Of a DNA stretch of 64,000 nt, positions 48,688 to 61,270 are shown in pieces. The DNA is from an uncultured bacterium (GTDB lineage: Bacteria; Krumholzibacteriota; Krumholzibacteriia; LZORAL124-64-63): positions 314,182 to 378,181 of the forward strand of contig CAVSGO010000006.1 in NCBI GenBank assembly GCA_963727525.1, given 5' to 3'. How positions within the stretch are numbered: the first letter of the stretch is position 1; each line of letters opens with the position of its first letter. Both the position numbers and the translations under genes were made by a program. The notes below the pieces were generated by a model. That model was not told the DNA's origin, ran no database searches, and worked only from the letters and a program-made list of their open reading frames with translations.

Positions 48688-49526
48688 GTGCGTGCATCCT
48701 CACCGTGGTCCGCGTCGCCGGCCACGAACTACCTGGGTATGCAGCACGATCTCACGCTCGCGTCGCTCACGGATTCCGTCGTCATCGCCTGGCGTGATGG
48801 CCCGGCATGGGTGACGTTCGTGCGAGACGCCGACACTCTCGCCGCACTTTTCCTCTTCGAGAACCGGTACGCCGCATCTTCCCGCTGGACAGCATCGCAG
48901 GACGCGGCAGTGACATCGCGCGCATGCGCCGGATGCGACACTGGCTGCACACGCGGATCCGCTGGGACGGAAGCCGGCGGAATCCCCGCACCAGCTCCGT
49001 GCTCGAGACCATCGAGACCTGTCAGAACGGGCGCCACACGCTGAATTGCGGCGGCCTGGCGTGGGTCTATGCGGCCCTCTGCCAGGCGGTGGGACTGGCG
49101 GCACGCGCCGTCGGCTGCCTGCCGTTCGATCGCCACGACCCCGATAGCCACGGCGTGACCATCGTCTACAGCGACTCCCTCGGCCACTGGGTCTACATGG
49201 ACCCGTCATTCGACGCCGAGTGGACCGATGCGGACGGTGCTCTCCTCGATCTGCAGGTGGCCCGCGATCGTCTCGTGGCGGGAGACACGGTGATCGTCGC
49301 GCCCGACGCCGACATCAATGGTGCCCCGCGCTCGGCGCTCGAACATCTCGCGTACATGAGCAAGAACCTGTTCCGATTCCAGACCTCGCTCGCCGATGGC
49401 CGGCGGCTGGCACTCGAACCGGTCGGCTACGATACGACGGTCGTCGACACGACCACCATTGCGCGGAATCTCGTCGTGACTCACGATCCCGAGGTATTCT
49501 GGAGAATTCCCGAGCGACCGCGGTAG
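48688..49526 (+). pseudogene. transglutaminase-like cysteine hydrolase, frameshifted near 48860-48880
   Basis: The distal frame has an intact Cys-His-Asp core ('LNCGG', 'DSHG', 'YMDPSF'); the plausible N-terminal coding lies in another frame; no clean start or RBS. Confidence 0.6.
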
Positions 49527-49602
49527 GTGCTTGATCTCTCGTCATTGGTGCCGTCCGGCGCCAATCGGCATTGAAGTGCAAACGAAACCGTCGACCTCTC
49601 GC

Positions 49603-51429
49603 TCAGATCGCCATCCCCTTGAACTGGCTCACGTACAGCTCGTGGAAGAAGCCTTTTCGCGCGAGCAGTTCCTCGTGCGTGCCCTGCTCCACGATCTCGC
49701 CGTCGCGGATCACGAGGATCTGGTCGGCGTCGCGGATGGTGCTGAGGCGGTGGGCGATGACGAAGCTCGTGCGGCCCGACATGAGGCGCAGCAGCGCGTT
49801 CTGGATGCGCATCTCGGTACGGGTGTCGACGCTGCTCGTGGCCTCGTCGAGGATGAGGATGGCCGGATCGGCGAGGATCGCGCGGGCGATGGCCAGCATC
49901 TGGCGCTGTCCCTGGCTCAGGTTGCCTGCGCGCTCGGAAAGGTACGTGTGGTAGCTCTCGGGGAGGGCGCGGATGAAGTGGTCGGCGTCGGCGAGGCGAG
50001 CCGCCTCGACCACCTCGTCGTCGGTGGCGTCGAGCCGGCCGTAGCGAATGTTTTCCAGCACAGTGTCCGCGAAGAGGAACGTGTCCTGGAGCACGAGGCC
50101 GAGCTGGCGCCGCAGTGCCGCCTTCGGCATGGCGCCGAGGTCGCGGCCGTCGATGGTGATGCGACCGGTGTCGATCTCGTAGAAACGCATCAGCAAGTTG
50201 ATGAGCGTGGTCTTGCCGGCGCCCGTCGGCCCGACCAGCGCCACCGTCTGGCCGGTCCGGGCGTGCAGGGACATGTGCTTGATGACCGGCGCCCCGGGCA
50301 GATAGCCGAAGCTCACGTCCGTGAAGATCACATCGCCTCGCACGGCGGCGGCGTCCGTTGCCGCAGCTATGTCGTGCTCCGCGGGCGTGTCCAGCACCTC
50401 GAACACGCGCTCGGCGCCGGCCAGGGCGGCCTGGATCGCGTTGTACATACTGGCGAGCTGACGCAGCGGATTGATGAAGTTGCGCCCGTAGGTGATGAAC
50501 GTGGCGATCATGCCGACGGTGGCCAAACCGCGCAGCGTGAGCCAGCCGCCCAGCCCCACGAGCACGATGACGAAGAGGTTGCCCAGCACGTTCGTCAACG
50601 GCATGAGCGACAGGGCGTAGCTGTTCGCGTACACGCCGTTGTGGTAGACGGCCGCGTTCTCGCGTCGGAAGGCGGCGATCGCGCTGTCGCTGCGGCCGAA
50701 GGCCTTCACGACCCGCTGGCCGCTGATCGTTTCCTCGACCACGCCACCCAGCGATCCCAGGCTGCGCTGCAGATCGCGGAACCCCTTGCGCGTGTACCGG
50801 GCCACGACGTTCGTGAATCCGAACATGATCGGCACCACCACCACCGCCGCGAGCGCGAGCCAGGCATTCAGCACCACCATCGCCACCAGGATGCCCACCA
50901 TCGAGAGCGTGCTGGCCACCAGCGACACCACGTTCTGCGATACGGCCTGGTTGATGGCCTCGATGTCGTTGGTGAGGCGGCTCATCAGTTCGCCCGCGGT
51001 GTGGCGGTCGAAGTAGGGCACGGGCAGCCCCTGCAGGTGTACGAACAGGTCGTGGCGCAGACGTTTGAGGGCGGTTTGGGAGACGCGAGCCATCAACCAG
51101 CTCGCCAGGGCATGCAGGCCGTTGTCCAGGACGAAGATGCCGAGAAGCAGGAGCGCCGTGCGTGCCAGCCCGGCCGCCAACCCCCGACCGATGAACCGAT
51201 CGATGGCCACACCGATGAGATAGGGTTCGAGCAGTCCCAGCAGCGTGGCGACGACGACGAGAACGGTCACGACCGTCAGCATCGCCGCGAACGGGCGCAG
51301 GGTGAGCGCCAGGCGTACGAGCGCGCGCCGCGGCGAGCGCGCCTTCTCGATGCGTCGGGCTCGCATGGGACCTCGGCCCAGGGGCGCGCGCGCCCGGCTC
51401 GGATACTCGCGCTTGCCGAGCGCGCTCAT
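49603..51429 (-). CDS. ABC exporter, permease plus ATPase (consensus half of a heterodimer)
   Basis: 'GPTGAGKT', 'LSQGQRQ', 'ILDEATS', 'IAHRLST'. Confidence 0.95.
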   Translation of the reverse strand: MSALGKREYPSRARAPLGRGPMRARRIEKARSPRRALVRLALTLRPFAAMLTVVTVLVVVATLLGLLEPYLIGVAIDRFIGRGLAAGLARTALLLLGIFVLDNGLHALASWLMARVSQTALKRLRHDLFVHLQGLPVPYFDRHTAGELMSRLTNDIEAINQAVSQNVVSLVASTLSMVGILVAMVVLNAWLALAAVVVVPIMFGFTNVVARYTRKGFRDLQRSLGSLGGVVEETISGQRVVKAFGRSDSAIAAFRRENAAVYHNGVYANSYALSLMPLTNVLGNLFVIVLVGLGGWLTLRGLATVGMIATFITYGRNFINPLRQLASMYNAIQAALAGAERVFEVLDTPAEHDIAAATDAAAVRGDVIFTDVSFGYLPGAPVIKHMSLHARTGQTVALVGPTGAGKTTLINLLMRFYEIDTGRITIDGRDLGAMPKAALRRQLGLVLQDTFLFADTVLENIRYGRLDATDDEVVEAARLADADHFIRALPESYHTYLSERAGNLSQGQRQMLAIARAILADPAILILDEATSSVDTRTEMRIQNALLRLMSGRTSFVIAHRLSTIRDADQILVIRDGEIVEQGTHEELLARKGFFHELYVSQFKGMAI

Positions 51430-53186
51430 GGTTGCTTCACCGCCTCTGGCGGCGGGCCGTCACCGAGCTGGGACGCGTAGATCTCCCGGTAGATCTCGCT
51501 CGTCGCCATGAGCGTCCCATGGTCTCCGGAGGCGACGATGCGCCCGCGATCGATCACCACGATACGATCCGCATTCAGCACCGTACTGATGCGCTGGGCC
51601 ACGACGAGCGACGTGCGTCCGGCCATCCACGTCTTCAGGGCTGCCTGGAGGCGGGTCTCCGTGGCCACGTCGATCGCGCTCGTGGCGTCGTCCAGGATGA
51701 GGATCGCCGGCCGCCGCAGGAGCGCGCGGGCGATGGCGATGCGCTGCTTCTGGCCGCCCGACAGGTTCACGCCGCGCTCCTCGATATGGGTGCCGTAGCC
51801 CTGCGGCAGCCGGTCGATGAACGCGTGAGCCTGGGCAGCCTTGGCGGCGGCCATCACCTCACCGTCGCCGGCCCCGGGGCGACCATAGGCGATGTTGTCG
51901 CGCACGGTGCCGGAAAACAGGATCGTCTCCTGGGGTACGATGCCCACCTGCTGCAGCAGTTCGTGCTGCGCGATGTGGCGCACGTCCACGCCGGCCACGG
52001 TCACGTGTCCCTCGGTGGCGTCGTAGAAGCGCGGCACGAGATTCACCAGCGACGACTTGCCGGCGCCGGTCGCGCCGAGGATGGCGACGGTCTCGCCGGG
52101 CTCGGCCACGAGGTCGATGCCCGCGAGCACGTCGTCGTCGGACGCGCCGTCGTAGCGGAATCCCACGTGCTCGAAGGCGACGCGCGGTGTCACGAGGTCC
52201 GGCAGGCGCTGCGGTCGCGGATCGTCCTGCACGTCGGGCACCGTGTCCAGCACGTCGCCGATGCGCTCGGCCGAGGCCGTCCCTGCGGCGGCCACGTTGG
52301 CGAGCATGACCATGATCGTCAGCGGGCCGATCGTGGTCTGCAGGTAGTTGATGAAGGCCACGAGCTGCCCGACGGTGAGGCTGCCGTCGATGGCCTGGAT
52401 GCCTCCGCGCCAGATCACCGCCACGATCCCCGCGTTGACGAAGATGCTCATTGCCGGCGAGAGCGTGGACATGAATCGCGCCACCCGCACCGCGAAGGCC
52501 GCATAGTCATCGTTCGCCACGCCGAAACGCGCGGCCTCGTGATCGGCGCGCACGAAGGCCTTCACCAGCCGTACGCCGGCGATGTTCTCCTGCAGCACGG
52601 TGTTGAGGCGGTCGAGGCGCTGCTGTACGTTGCGAAACAGTGGCTCCATCCGCAGCACGAAGAAGGTGATGACGAGCGAGACGGCGACCAGGATCGGCAG
52701 CATCATCAGGGCCAGGCGGCTGTCGGTTCTGAACATGAGGATGAGGCTGCCCAGCATGAGCAGCGGCGCCCGCGTGCCGATGCGCAGGAACACCTGGACC
52801 AGCCGCTGGAATACCGCCGTGTCGCTGGACAGCCGCACCATGAGCTGGCCCACGCTGGTGCGGTCGAGATTGCCGTACGAGAACGACTGGATCTTCAGGA
52901 ACAGCGCCTCGCGCAGGTCGCGAGCCACCTGTTCGCCCACCTGCACGGAGAGGATGTTGTTGCCGATCGCGAAGACGGTCTGGATGACGGAGATGGCAAG
53001 CATGATCAAAGTCGTCACGACGACGACGCGGGGCTGCCGCGCCACGATCCCCTGGTCGATGACGCGCTGGATCAGGCGCGGCAATGCGAGATCCATGAGC
53101 ACGACGGCGATGAGCAGGACGAGTGCGACCGCACCGCGGCGCCAGTACGGTCGCACGAAGCGCAGGAGACGTCGCAGATGGGTCAT
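51426..53186 (-). CDS. ABC exporter, permease plus ATPase (degenerate half of a heterodimer)
   Basis: 'GATGAGKS', 'LSGGQKQ', degenerate 'ILDDATS' and 'VAQRIS'; ATGA overlap with its partner. Confidence 0.95.
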   Translation of the reverse strand: MTHLRRLLRFVRPYWRRGAVALVLLIAVVLMDLALPRLIQRVIDQGIVARQPRVVVVTTLIMLAISVIQTVFAIGNNILSVQVGEQVARDLREALFLKIQSFSYGNLDRTSVGQLMVRLSSDTAVFQRLVQVFLRIGTRAPLLMLGSLILMFRTDSRLALMMLPILVAVSLVITFFVLRMEPLFRNVQQRLDRLNTVLQENIAGVRLVKAFVRADHEAARFGVANDDYAAFAVRVARFMSTLSPAMSIFVNAGIVAVIWRGGIQAIDGSLTVGQLVAFINYLQTTIGPLTIMVMLANVAAAGTASAERIGDVLDTVPDVQDDPRPQRLPDLVTPRVAFEHVGFRYDGASDDDVLAGIDLVAEPGETVAILGATGAGKSSLVNLVPRFYDATEGHVTVAGVDVRHIAQHELLQQVGIVPQETILFSGTVRDNIAYGRPGAGDGEVMAAAKAAQAHAFIDRLPQGYGTHIEERGVNLSGGQKQRIAIARALLRRPAILILDDATSAIDVATETRLQAALKTWMAGRTSLVVAQRISTVLNADRIVVIDRGRIVASGDHGTLMATSEIYREIYASQLGDGPPPEAVKQP

Positions 53187-53199
53187 GGACGGCGGCGCC

Positions 53200-54435
53200 T
53201 TACAGCTCCAGCATGAGCCGCCCGGGCTGCTCGATACCTTGCTTCACATGCTTGAGGAAGGTGACGGCCTCGCGCCCGTCGACGACGCGGTGATCGTAGG
53301 TGAGGGCGACGTACATCATCGGGCGCACCACGATCACGCCGTCACGCACCATCGCACGGTCTTGAATGGCGTGCAGGCCGAGCACGCCGCTCTGCGGCGG
53401 ATTGACGATGGGCGTGGACAGCAACGAGCCGTACACGCCGCCGTTGCTGATGGTGAAGGTGCCGCCTTCCAGCTCCGCGAGGTCGAGCTTCTTGGTCTGG
53501 GCGCGCTGGGCGAAGTCGCCGATGGTCTGCTCGATGGCGCCGAATCCCAGCATCTCGGCGTTGCGGATCACGGGCACCACGAGGCCCTTGCCACTACCGA
53601 TGGCGATGCCGATGTCGTAGAAGTCGCGGTAGACGATGTTCTGCTCGCGGATTTCGGCGTTGAGCGAGGGGATCACGCGCAACGCCTCGATGACGGCGCG
53701 CGTGAAGAAGCTCATGAAGCCCAGCTTCACGCCGTATTTCGCCACGAAGTCGTCCTGGTATTCCTTGCGCATCGCCATGATGGTGCTCATGTCGATCTCG
53801 TTGAACGTGGTCAGGAGCGCGGCAATCTGCTGGGAGTACACGAGGCGTTCGGCGATGCGCCGGCGGATGGGGCTCATCGGCACCACGCGTTCCACGCGCT
53901 CGCCGGTAGGCGCGGCGCTGGGTACGGGCACCATGCGCTCCTGGACCGGCGGCTTCGTGGCGGCCGGCGGGCGGCTCTGGCCCTGAGCGGCCGCGGCCCG
54001 CTGCGCGTCCTCCTTGAGCACGCGCCCACCGGGCCCGCTGCCGGCCACGCCCGCCGCGTCCACGCCCGACTGGGCGATCACCCGCTGGGCCGACGGCATC
54101 ACGTGGGCGCCGGTCCGCGGGGCGTCCGCGGACGCGACCGGTTTCCCCTGGGCAGGGGCATCCTTCTTCGGCGCCTTCTCCTTCTTCGGCGCCGCCTGGC
54201 CGGCCACGAGCACGGCGATTACGTCGCCGACCTTGCAGAATTCGCCGGCGGCGACCTTGATCTCCTTCAGCGTGCCTGCCGCCGGAGATGGTAGCTCGAC
54301 GGTGGCCTTGTCGGAATCGATCTCCGCGATCGGCTCGTCCAGGTCCACGTACTCGCCGGGCTCCTTGAGCCACGCCGCGATCTGCACCTCGCTGATGGAT
54401 TCGCCGAGACTCGGTACCGTCACATCCACGGCCAT
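53200..54435 (-). CDS. sucB: 2-oxoglutarate dehydrogenase E2, dihydrolipoamide succinyltransferase
   Basis: Lipoyl 'EIDSDKAT', 'GSGPGGRVLKED', 'LTTFNEIDM', 'YDHRVVDG'. Confidence 0.96.
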   Translation of the reverse strand: MAVDVTVPSLGESISEVQIAAWLKEPGEYVDLDEPIAEIDSDKATVELPSPAAGTLKEIKVAAGEFCKVGDVIAVLVAGQAAPKKEKAPKKDAPAQGKPVASADAPRTGAHVMPSAQRVIAQSGVDAAGVAGSGPGGRVLKEDAQRAAAAQGQSRPPAATKPPVQERMVPVPSAAPTGERVERVVPMSPIRRRIAERLVYSQQIAALLTTFNEIDMSTIMAMRKEYQDDFVAKYGVKLGFMSFFTRAVIEALRVIPSLNAEIREQNIVYRDFYDIGIAIGSGKGLVVPVIRNAEMLGFGAIEQTIGDFAQRAQTKKLDLAELEGGTFTISNGGVYGSLLSTPIVNPPQSGVLGLHAIQDRAMVRDGVIVVRPMMYVALTYDHRVVDGREAVTFLKHVKQGIEQPGRLMLEL

Positions 54436-54466
54436 GATGGCTCCTTTGTCGCCGCGCTGGGCGACG

Positions 54467-57238
<2,772 letters not shown>

Positions 57239-57400
57239 CCGTCCAGCCCGCGAGGGGCGAGGCTCGGCGCTCAGGGGCACCATGAACAGGCCGACGCGCC
57301 CGGATGGGCGCCGACCGGTATCGCGGCGATAGTCTACACGCGATCCCTGGGATTGGCATCCAATTCGTGGGTCTGGCGCCGTCCCGACCCGGCCAAACGT

Positions 57401-57434
57401 GAACCGCCGCCTCCCGCACGGGAGACGGCGGCTC
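57401..57434 (-). terminator. hairpin terminator after the 58081-57458 gene
   Basis: Imperfect inverted repeat CCGCCGCCTCCCG / CGGGAGACGGCGG. Confidence 0.6.
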
Positions 57435-57457
57435 GAAGCGCGACTGCGCGGACGCGA

Positions 57458-58081
57458 CTACTGGTACAGAGCCTTCACGGTGCTCCAGCTCGTGGGCTCG
57501 GTGGCCACGCTGCCGCCCGGGAACTGCACGTTGGCACTCGCGGGGTGGGTCACGCACAGGTAGTCGACCCAGTTGGAGCCGGTGAACGGGTCGGCGTTGT
57601 ACGGGCGAACCTCGATGACCAGACCGTTGCCGGCGTGAGCGGCATCCACGGTCCAATCCTGGGTCAGCTCGACCCAGTCGGTGGAGCCGCCGCTGTAGGT
57701 GCTGTTGCCGCCGGCGCTGCCGATGTAGGCATCGATGTCGGAGGGGTCGGTCCAGTGGCCCCAGATGCGCACCGACGGGTTGCCGTCGATCAGGTCGAGC
57801 GTCTGGATGGACGCGGACACCATGTCGCCCTCGACCAGGTTCGTGATCCAGGCGACATAGGCCTGCGGCGTGCCGGTGGTTCCGATTTCATAGATCTCGA
57901 GGCTATGAGTTCCGTCGTAGGCCTGGTCGGTCGTGTTCGCGACGAACATGTCGTCGGGCAGGTAGGAGCTGATATACGTCCCGCCGTCTTCCCAGCTGTA
58001 GCAGTCGGTTTCGTCCTGGGCCATGGCGAACGACGCGGATACGATGATGGCGAGCATGATCAGGAACAACTTCTTCATCAC
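57458..58081 (-). CDS. secreted CBM-like jelly-roll protein with C-terminal 'SWSTVKALYQ' tail
   Basis: Signal peptide 'MKKLFLIMLAIIVSASFAMA'; 'AYDGTHSL', 'WVD'; GAGGAG RBS. Confidence 0.8.
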   Translation of the reverse strand: MMKKLFLIMLAIIVSASFAMAQDETDCYSWEDGGTYISSYLPDDMFVANTTDQAYDGTHSLEIYEIGTTGTPQAYVAWITNLVEGDMVSASIQTLDLIDGNPSVRIWGHWTDPSDIDAYIGSAGGNSTYSGGSTDWVELTQDWTVDAAHAGNGLVIEVRPYNADPFTGSNWVDYLCVTHPASANVQFPGGSVATEPTSWSTVKALYQ

Positions 58082-58289
58082 GATCTCCTCGAGTTAACGC
58101 TGACTCTCTTGCTGGACGCACCAAGCGGGGACCGCCCGTCCGATCTCGGTGCGTGGACGCGGGAGGATCCCGACCAAGTTGCTTGTAGGTGGTATCATAG
58201 CACAAACGGACGCAGTACACTGCATCAAATTTCCGTAAATACAGGACCAAATTGTCGCGGAATGGGGAAACTCGCCCGTCTCAACGACC

Positions 58290-58742
58290 TTAGCGATACC
58301 GGAGGATCCGGGCCGGCACACCGGCGACCACCGCCCCGGCGGGGACGTCCTTCGTGACCACCGCGCCGGCGCCGATCATGGCTCCCTTGCCGATGCGGAC
58401 GGGCAGGATGGTGGCGTTGCTGCCGATGGACACGCCGTCCTCGATCACCGTTTCCTTCCACTGCGAGCGGTCGGGCTGGGGCGGGGCGGTGTCGTTGATG
58501 AACATGACGCCGTGACCGACGAAGCAGTCGTTGCCGATGGTCACCAGCTCGCAGATGAAGGTGTGGCTCTGCACGCGCGTGCGGTCGCCGATGACGACGC
58601 CATTCTGGATCTCCACGAAGGTGCCGATCATGCTGTCCCGGCCCACCGTGCATTCGTACATGTTCACGAAATTCCAGATCCTGGTGCCCTCGCCAATGGT
58701 GCAGTCGCGGATGATCTGGCGGTCGGTGGCGGGGTAGGTCAT
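58290..58742 (-). CDS. hexapeptide-repeat sugar N-acyltransferase (WbpD/FdtC-like)
   Basis: 'IGTFVEIQ', 'HTFICELVTIG', 'GHGVMFIND', 'GAGAVVTKDV', 'GVPAR'; start MTYP with AGGAG RBS. Confidence 0.9.
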   Translation of the reverse strand: MTYPATDRQIIRDCTIGEGTRIWNFVNMYECTVGRDSMIGTFVEIQNGVVIGDRTRVQSHTFICELVTIGNDCFVGHGVMFINDTAPPQPDRSQWKETVIEDGVSIGSNATILPVRIGKGAMIGAGAVVTKDVPAGAVVAGVPARILRYR

Positions 58743-58868
58743 GATGGCTCCTGGGAGTGGGGGTTGGCAGGTCCCGGGGATTCGCGGGGCGATGACAATG
58801 GTGATGCACGGTCCCTGCGGCGTCAATACCTGGCCGCGAGCCGCGACCACTCGAGGAGGCAGCGCGCG

Positions 58869-59459
58869 ATGAGCGATCCCGTTCCCACCCTCGCCTGGAG
58901 CGACTTCGCCCGCTCCCGCCACGTGCCGCACGGTCGCCACGCCTGGTTCGACGGCACGGAGGCCGAACTGCTGGACCTCGTACGTGCGGCCTGGCCGCGG
59001 CGGCGGCCGGGGGCCGGGCGGCAGGATCTCGAGGCGGTCGTCGTGGTGCCGGTGCCGCCGGCGCGCTTTGTCGGCAGCACGGTGGCGGTGAGAACCGACA
59101 CGCCGCTCTTCGCCACCCTCGACCGCCGGCAGCCGCACGAGGACCCGTACATCCGCGTCACCGCCGCCGGGCCGCGGGAGCCGGTGCGGCACGCCGCCGT
59201 GGTGCTCTACAGCGCGGCCACGCTCCTGGAGAACGGCGGCACCCGCAGCAGCGACGCGGAATGGGAGGTGGTGTCGGTGCAGGCCTCGGCCGCGGCCGAC
59301 GAGCCGATGTACCCGCTGACCATGGCGCGCAACTTCCTCGAGAAACCCGGCGGCACCTTCGCCGACTACCCGGCGCGCGCGTTCGCCGAGGCCATCTGGT
59401 ACTGGAGCGCGCGGGCGGCGGCCGCCGAGGGCGACGATTCCGCCCCGGCCGACTCCTAA
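58869..59459 (+). CDS. DUF3228-like protein
   Basis: 'VVLYS', 'EWEVVS', 'EPMYPLTMARN..GG...YW' motifs; GGAGG RBS. Confidence 0.7.
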   Translation: MSDPVPTLAWSDFARSRHVPHGRHAWFDGTEAELLDLVRAAWPRRRPGAGRQDLEAVVVVPVPPARFVGSTVAVRTDTPLFATLDRRQPHEDPYIRVTAAGPREPVRHAAVVLYSAATLLENGGTRSSDAEWEVVSVQASAAADEPMYPLTMARNFLEKPGGTFADYPARAFAEAIWYWSARAAAAEGDDSAPADS

Positions 59460-59500
59460 ATCTGGTAGGATGGGCGGGACTCGAGACCCGGGAGGCCGCC

Positions 59501-61102
59501 ATGCTGAGGATGCCTGTTCTTCTCGCTCTATTCCTCGCCCTGGTCATCAGCTCGACCGCGACGGCTGCCGTCGGGCTGGCTGGCGATCACCTCGTCGTCA
59601 TGACGAGCCCCGATGGTCCCGAGCTTGGCACCGGCCCGTTCGCGGCGCCGGGCGCCGTGACCGGGATCGCCGCCCTCGATGCACTGTGCCGCCAGGCGGG
59701 AGTCGTCGCGTGCGAGCCGTACTACCCGGGCACGCTGCGCCGTCCGGGTCTGGCGCGCCTGGCCGACCGGCTGCGCGTGCTGCGCCTCGCGCCGAGCACC
59801 GACGCCGCCGCGCTCGCCGCGCGCGTCGCCGCGGTGCCGGGGGTGGCGTCGGCCGAGAAGCCCTCGCGTCCGCGGCTGCTCTACACGCCTGACGACCCGG
59901 CCTACGGCCAGCAGTGGTACCTGCCCTTCGTGGGCGCGCCCGCCGCTTGGGACGTGATCCGAGGTGACGCCTCCAGCGCCGCCGTGGTGGCCGTGTGCGA
60001 CGCCGGCCTGCTGCTCAGCGATCCCGACCTCGCGCCGAGCCTGTGGATCAACACGCCCGAGGACCTGAACGGCAACAGCCGTTTCGATGCGAGCGACCTC
60101 GATGGGATCGATCAGGACGGCAACGGGTTCGCCGACGACGTCGTCGGTTACGACTTCGCGAGCTACGATCCCGATCCCGGCGGTACGCTTGGCCATGGTG
60201 ACGGCGTGGCCGCTTGCATCTCCGAGGCGACCGACAACGGCATCGCGGGGGCCGGCCTCGGATTTGGCGTGCGCCTGATGGTGGTCAAGGGCCTCACCGA
60301 TGGCGCCATGCTGGGCGACGCCTACGTCGGCATGCTCTACGCGGCCGACAATGGCGCCGGCGTCATCAACTGCTCGTGGGGGATACCGGTCCACCACGAC
60401 TACGAGCAGGCCATCGTCGATGCCGTGTGGGCCGAGGACGTGGCCATCGTCGCCGCGGGCGGCGAGCAGGACCAGCTCACCTACCCCGCCGCCTACGACC
60501 ACGTGTACGGCGTATCGTCCACCGACCAGACCGACCACCTCGCCCCCTTCGGCCCCTGGGGCGACACCATCGACATCTGCGCCCCCGGCGTGAACATCCT
60601 CACCCTCTGGAACGGCAGCCTCTCGTTCGTATCCGGCACCTCGTTTGCCACGGGCGTGGTGTCGGGGTTGGCCGGCCTCTTGCGAGCCCTGCAGCCGCAA
60701 GCCTCGGCCGCGAACATCCTGCAGACGATCAGCGACACGGCCGCGCCGGTGTCCAGCAGCCACCCGGTAGGAGCGGGACGGATCGATGCCGCCGCAGCGG
60801 TGGGCGCGCTGGTGACCGCCGTCGACGACCCACCCCGTCCGCCGGCGGTGCGACTCCAGGTGGCCCCCACTCCGTTCAACGCCGCCACCGTCTGTAGCTA
60901 CACCGTCGCGCAACGCGGCGCGGTGACCCTGACGGTGCACGACGCCCGCGGTCGCCTCGTGGCGACACTCGTGCGATCGACCGTCAACGCCGGTGAACAC
61001 TCGGCAACCTGGAAAGCCGACGCGGAACCGTCGGGCCTCTACTTCCTGCGGCTGGTCACGCCACGCGGTACCGCCGTGGAAGAAGCGATGCTCGTGAAGT
61101 GA
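59501..61102 (+). CDS. S8 peptidase-like protein with C-terminal FlgD-Ig/T9SS-like domain
   Basis: 'VAVCDAG', 'HGDGVA', 'GTSFATG'; 'PTPFNAAT...HDARGRLVATL...SGLYFLRL'. Confidence 0.88.
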   Translation: MLRMPVLLALFLALVISSTATAAVGLAGDHLVVMTSPDGPELGTGPFAAPGAVTGIAALDALCRQAGVVACEPYYPGTLRRPGLARLADRLRVLRLAPSTDAAALAARVAAVPGVASAEKPSRPRLLYTPDDPAYGQQWYLPFVGAPAAWDVIRGDASSAAVVAVCDAGLLLSDPDLAPSLWINTPEDLNGNSRFDASDLDGIDQDGNGFADDVVGYDFASYDPDPGGTLGHGDGVAACISEATDNGIAGAGLGFGVRLMVVKGLTDGAMLGDAYVGMLYAADNGAGVINCSWGIPVHHDYEQAIVDAVWAEDVAIVAAGGEQDQLTYPAAYDHVYGVSSTDQTDHLAPFGPWGDTIDICAPGVNILTLWNGSLSFVSGTSFATGVVSGLAGLLRALQPQASAANILQTISDTAAPVSSSHPVGAGRIDAAAAVGALVTAVDDPPRPPAVRLQVAPTPFNAATVCSYTVAQRGAVTLTVHDARGRLVATLVRSTVNAGEHSATWKADAEPSGLYFLRLVTPRGTAVEEAMLVK

Positions 61103-61217
61103 TTTGCATCTCGACCGTGGTACGGCCCGGCTGTCACGTCCGCCATGGCGAGACGGCCGAGCTTTTCGTCTGGCCATGTTCGCTGGCGAATACCAACTTT
61201 TCTCGGCTTTTCAATCG

Positions 61218-61226
61218 TGCTACAAT
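61218..61226 (+). promoter_or_regulatory. extended -10 promoter element (TG-C-TACAAT)
   Basis: Matches TGnTAnnnT, about 45 bp upstream of the ATG at 61271. Confidence 0.5.
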
Positions 61227-61270
61227 CGTTGCACGTCCGCTTCTCTGACGCGATCTGCAAGGGGGATATC

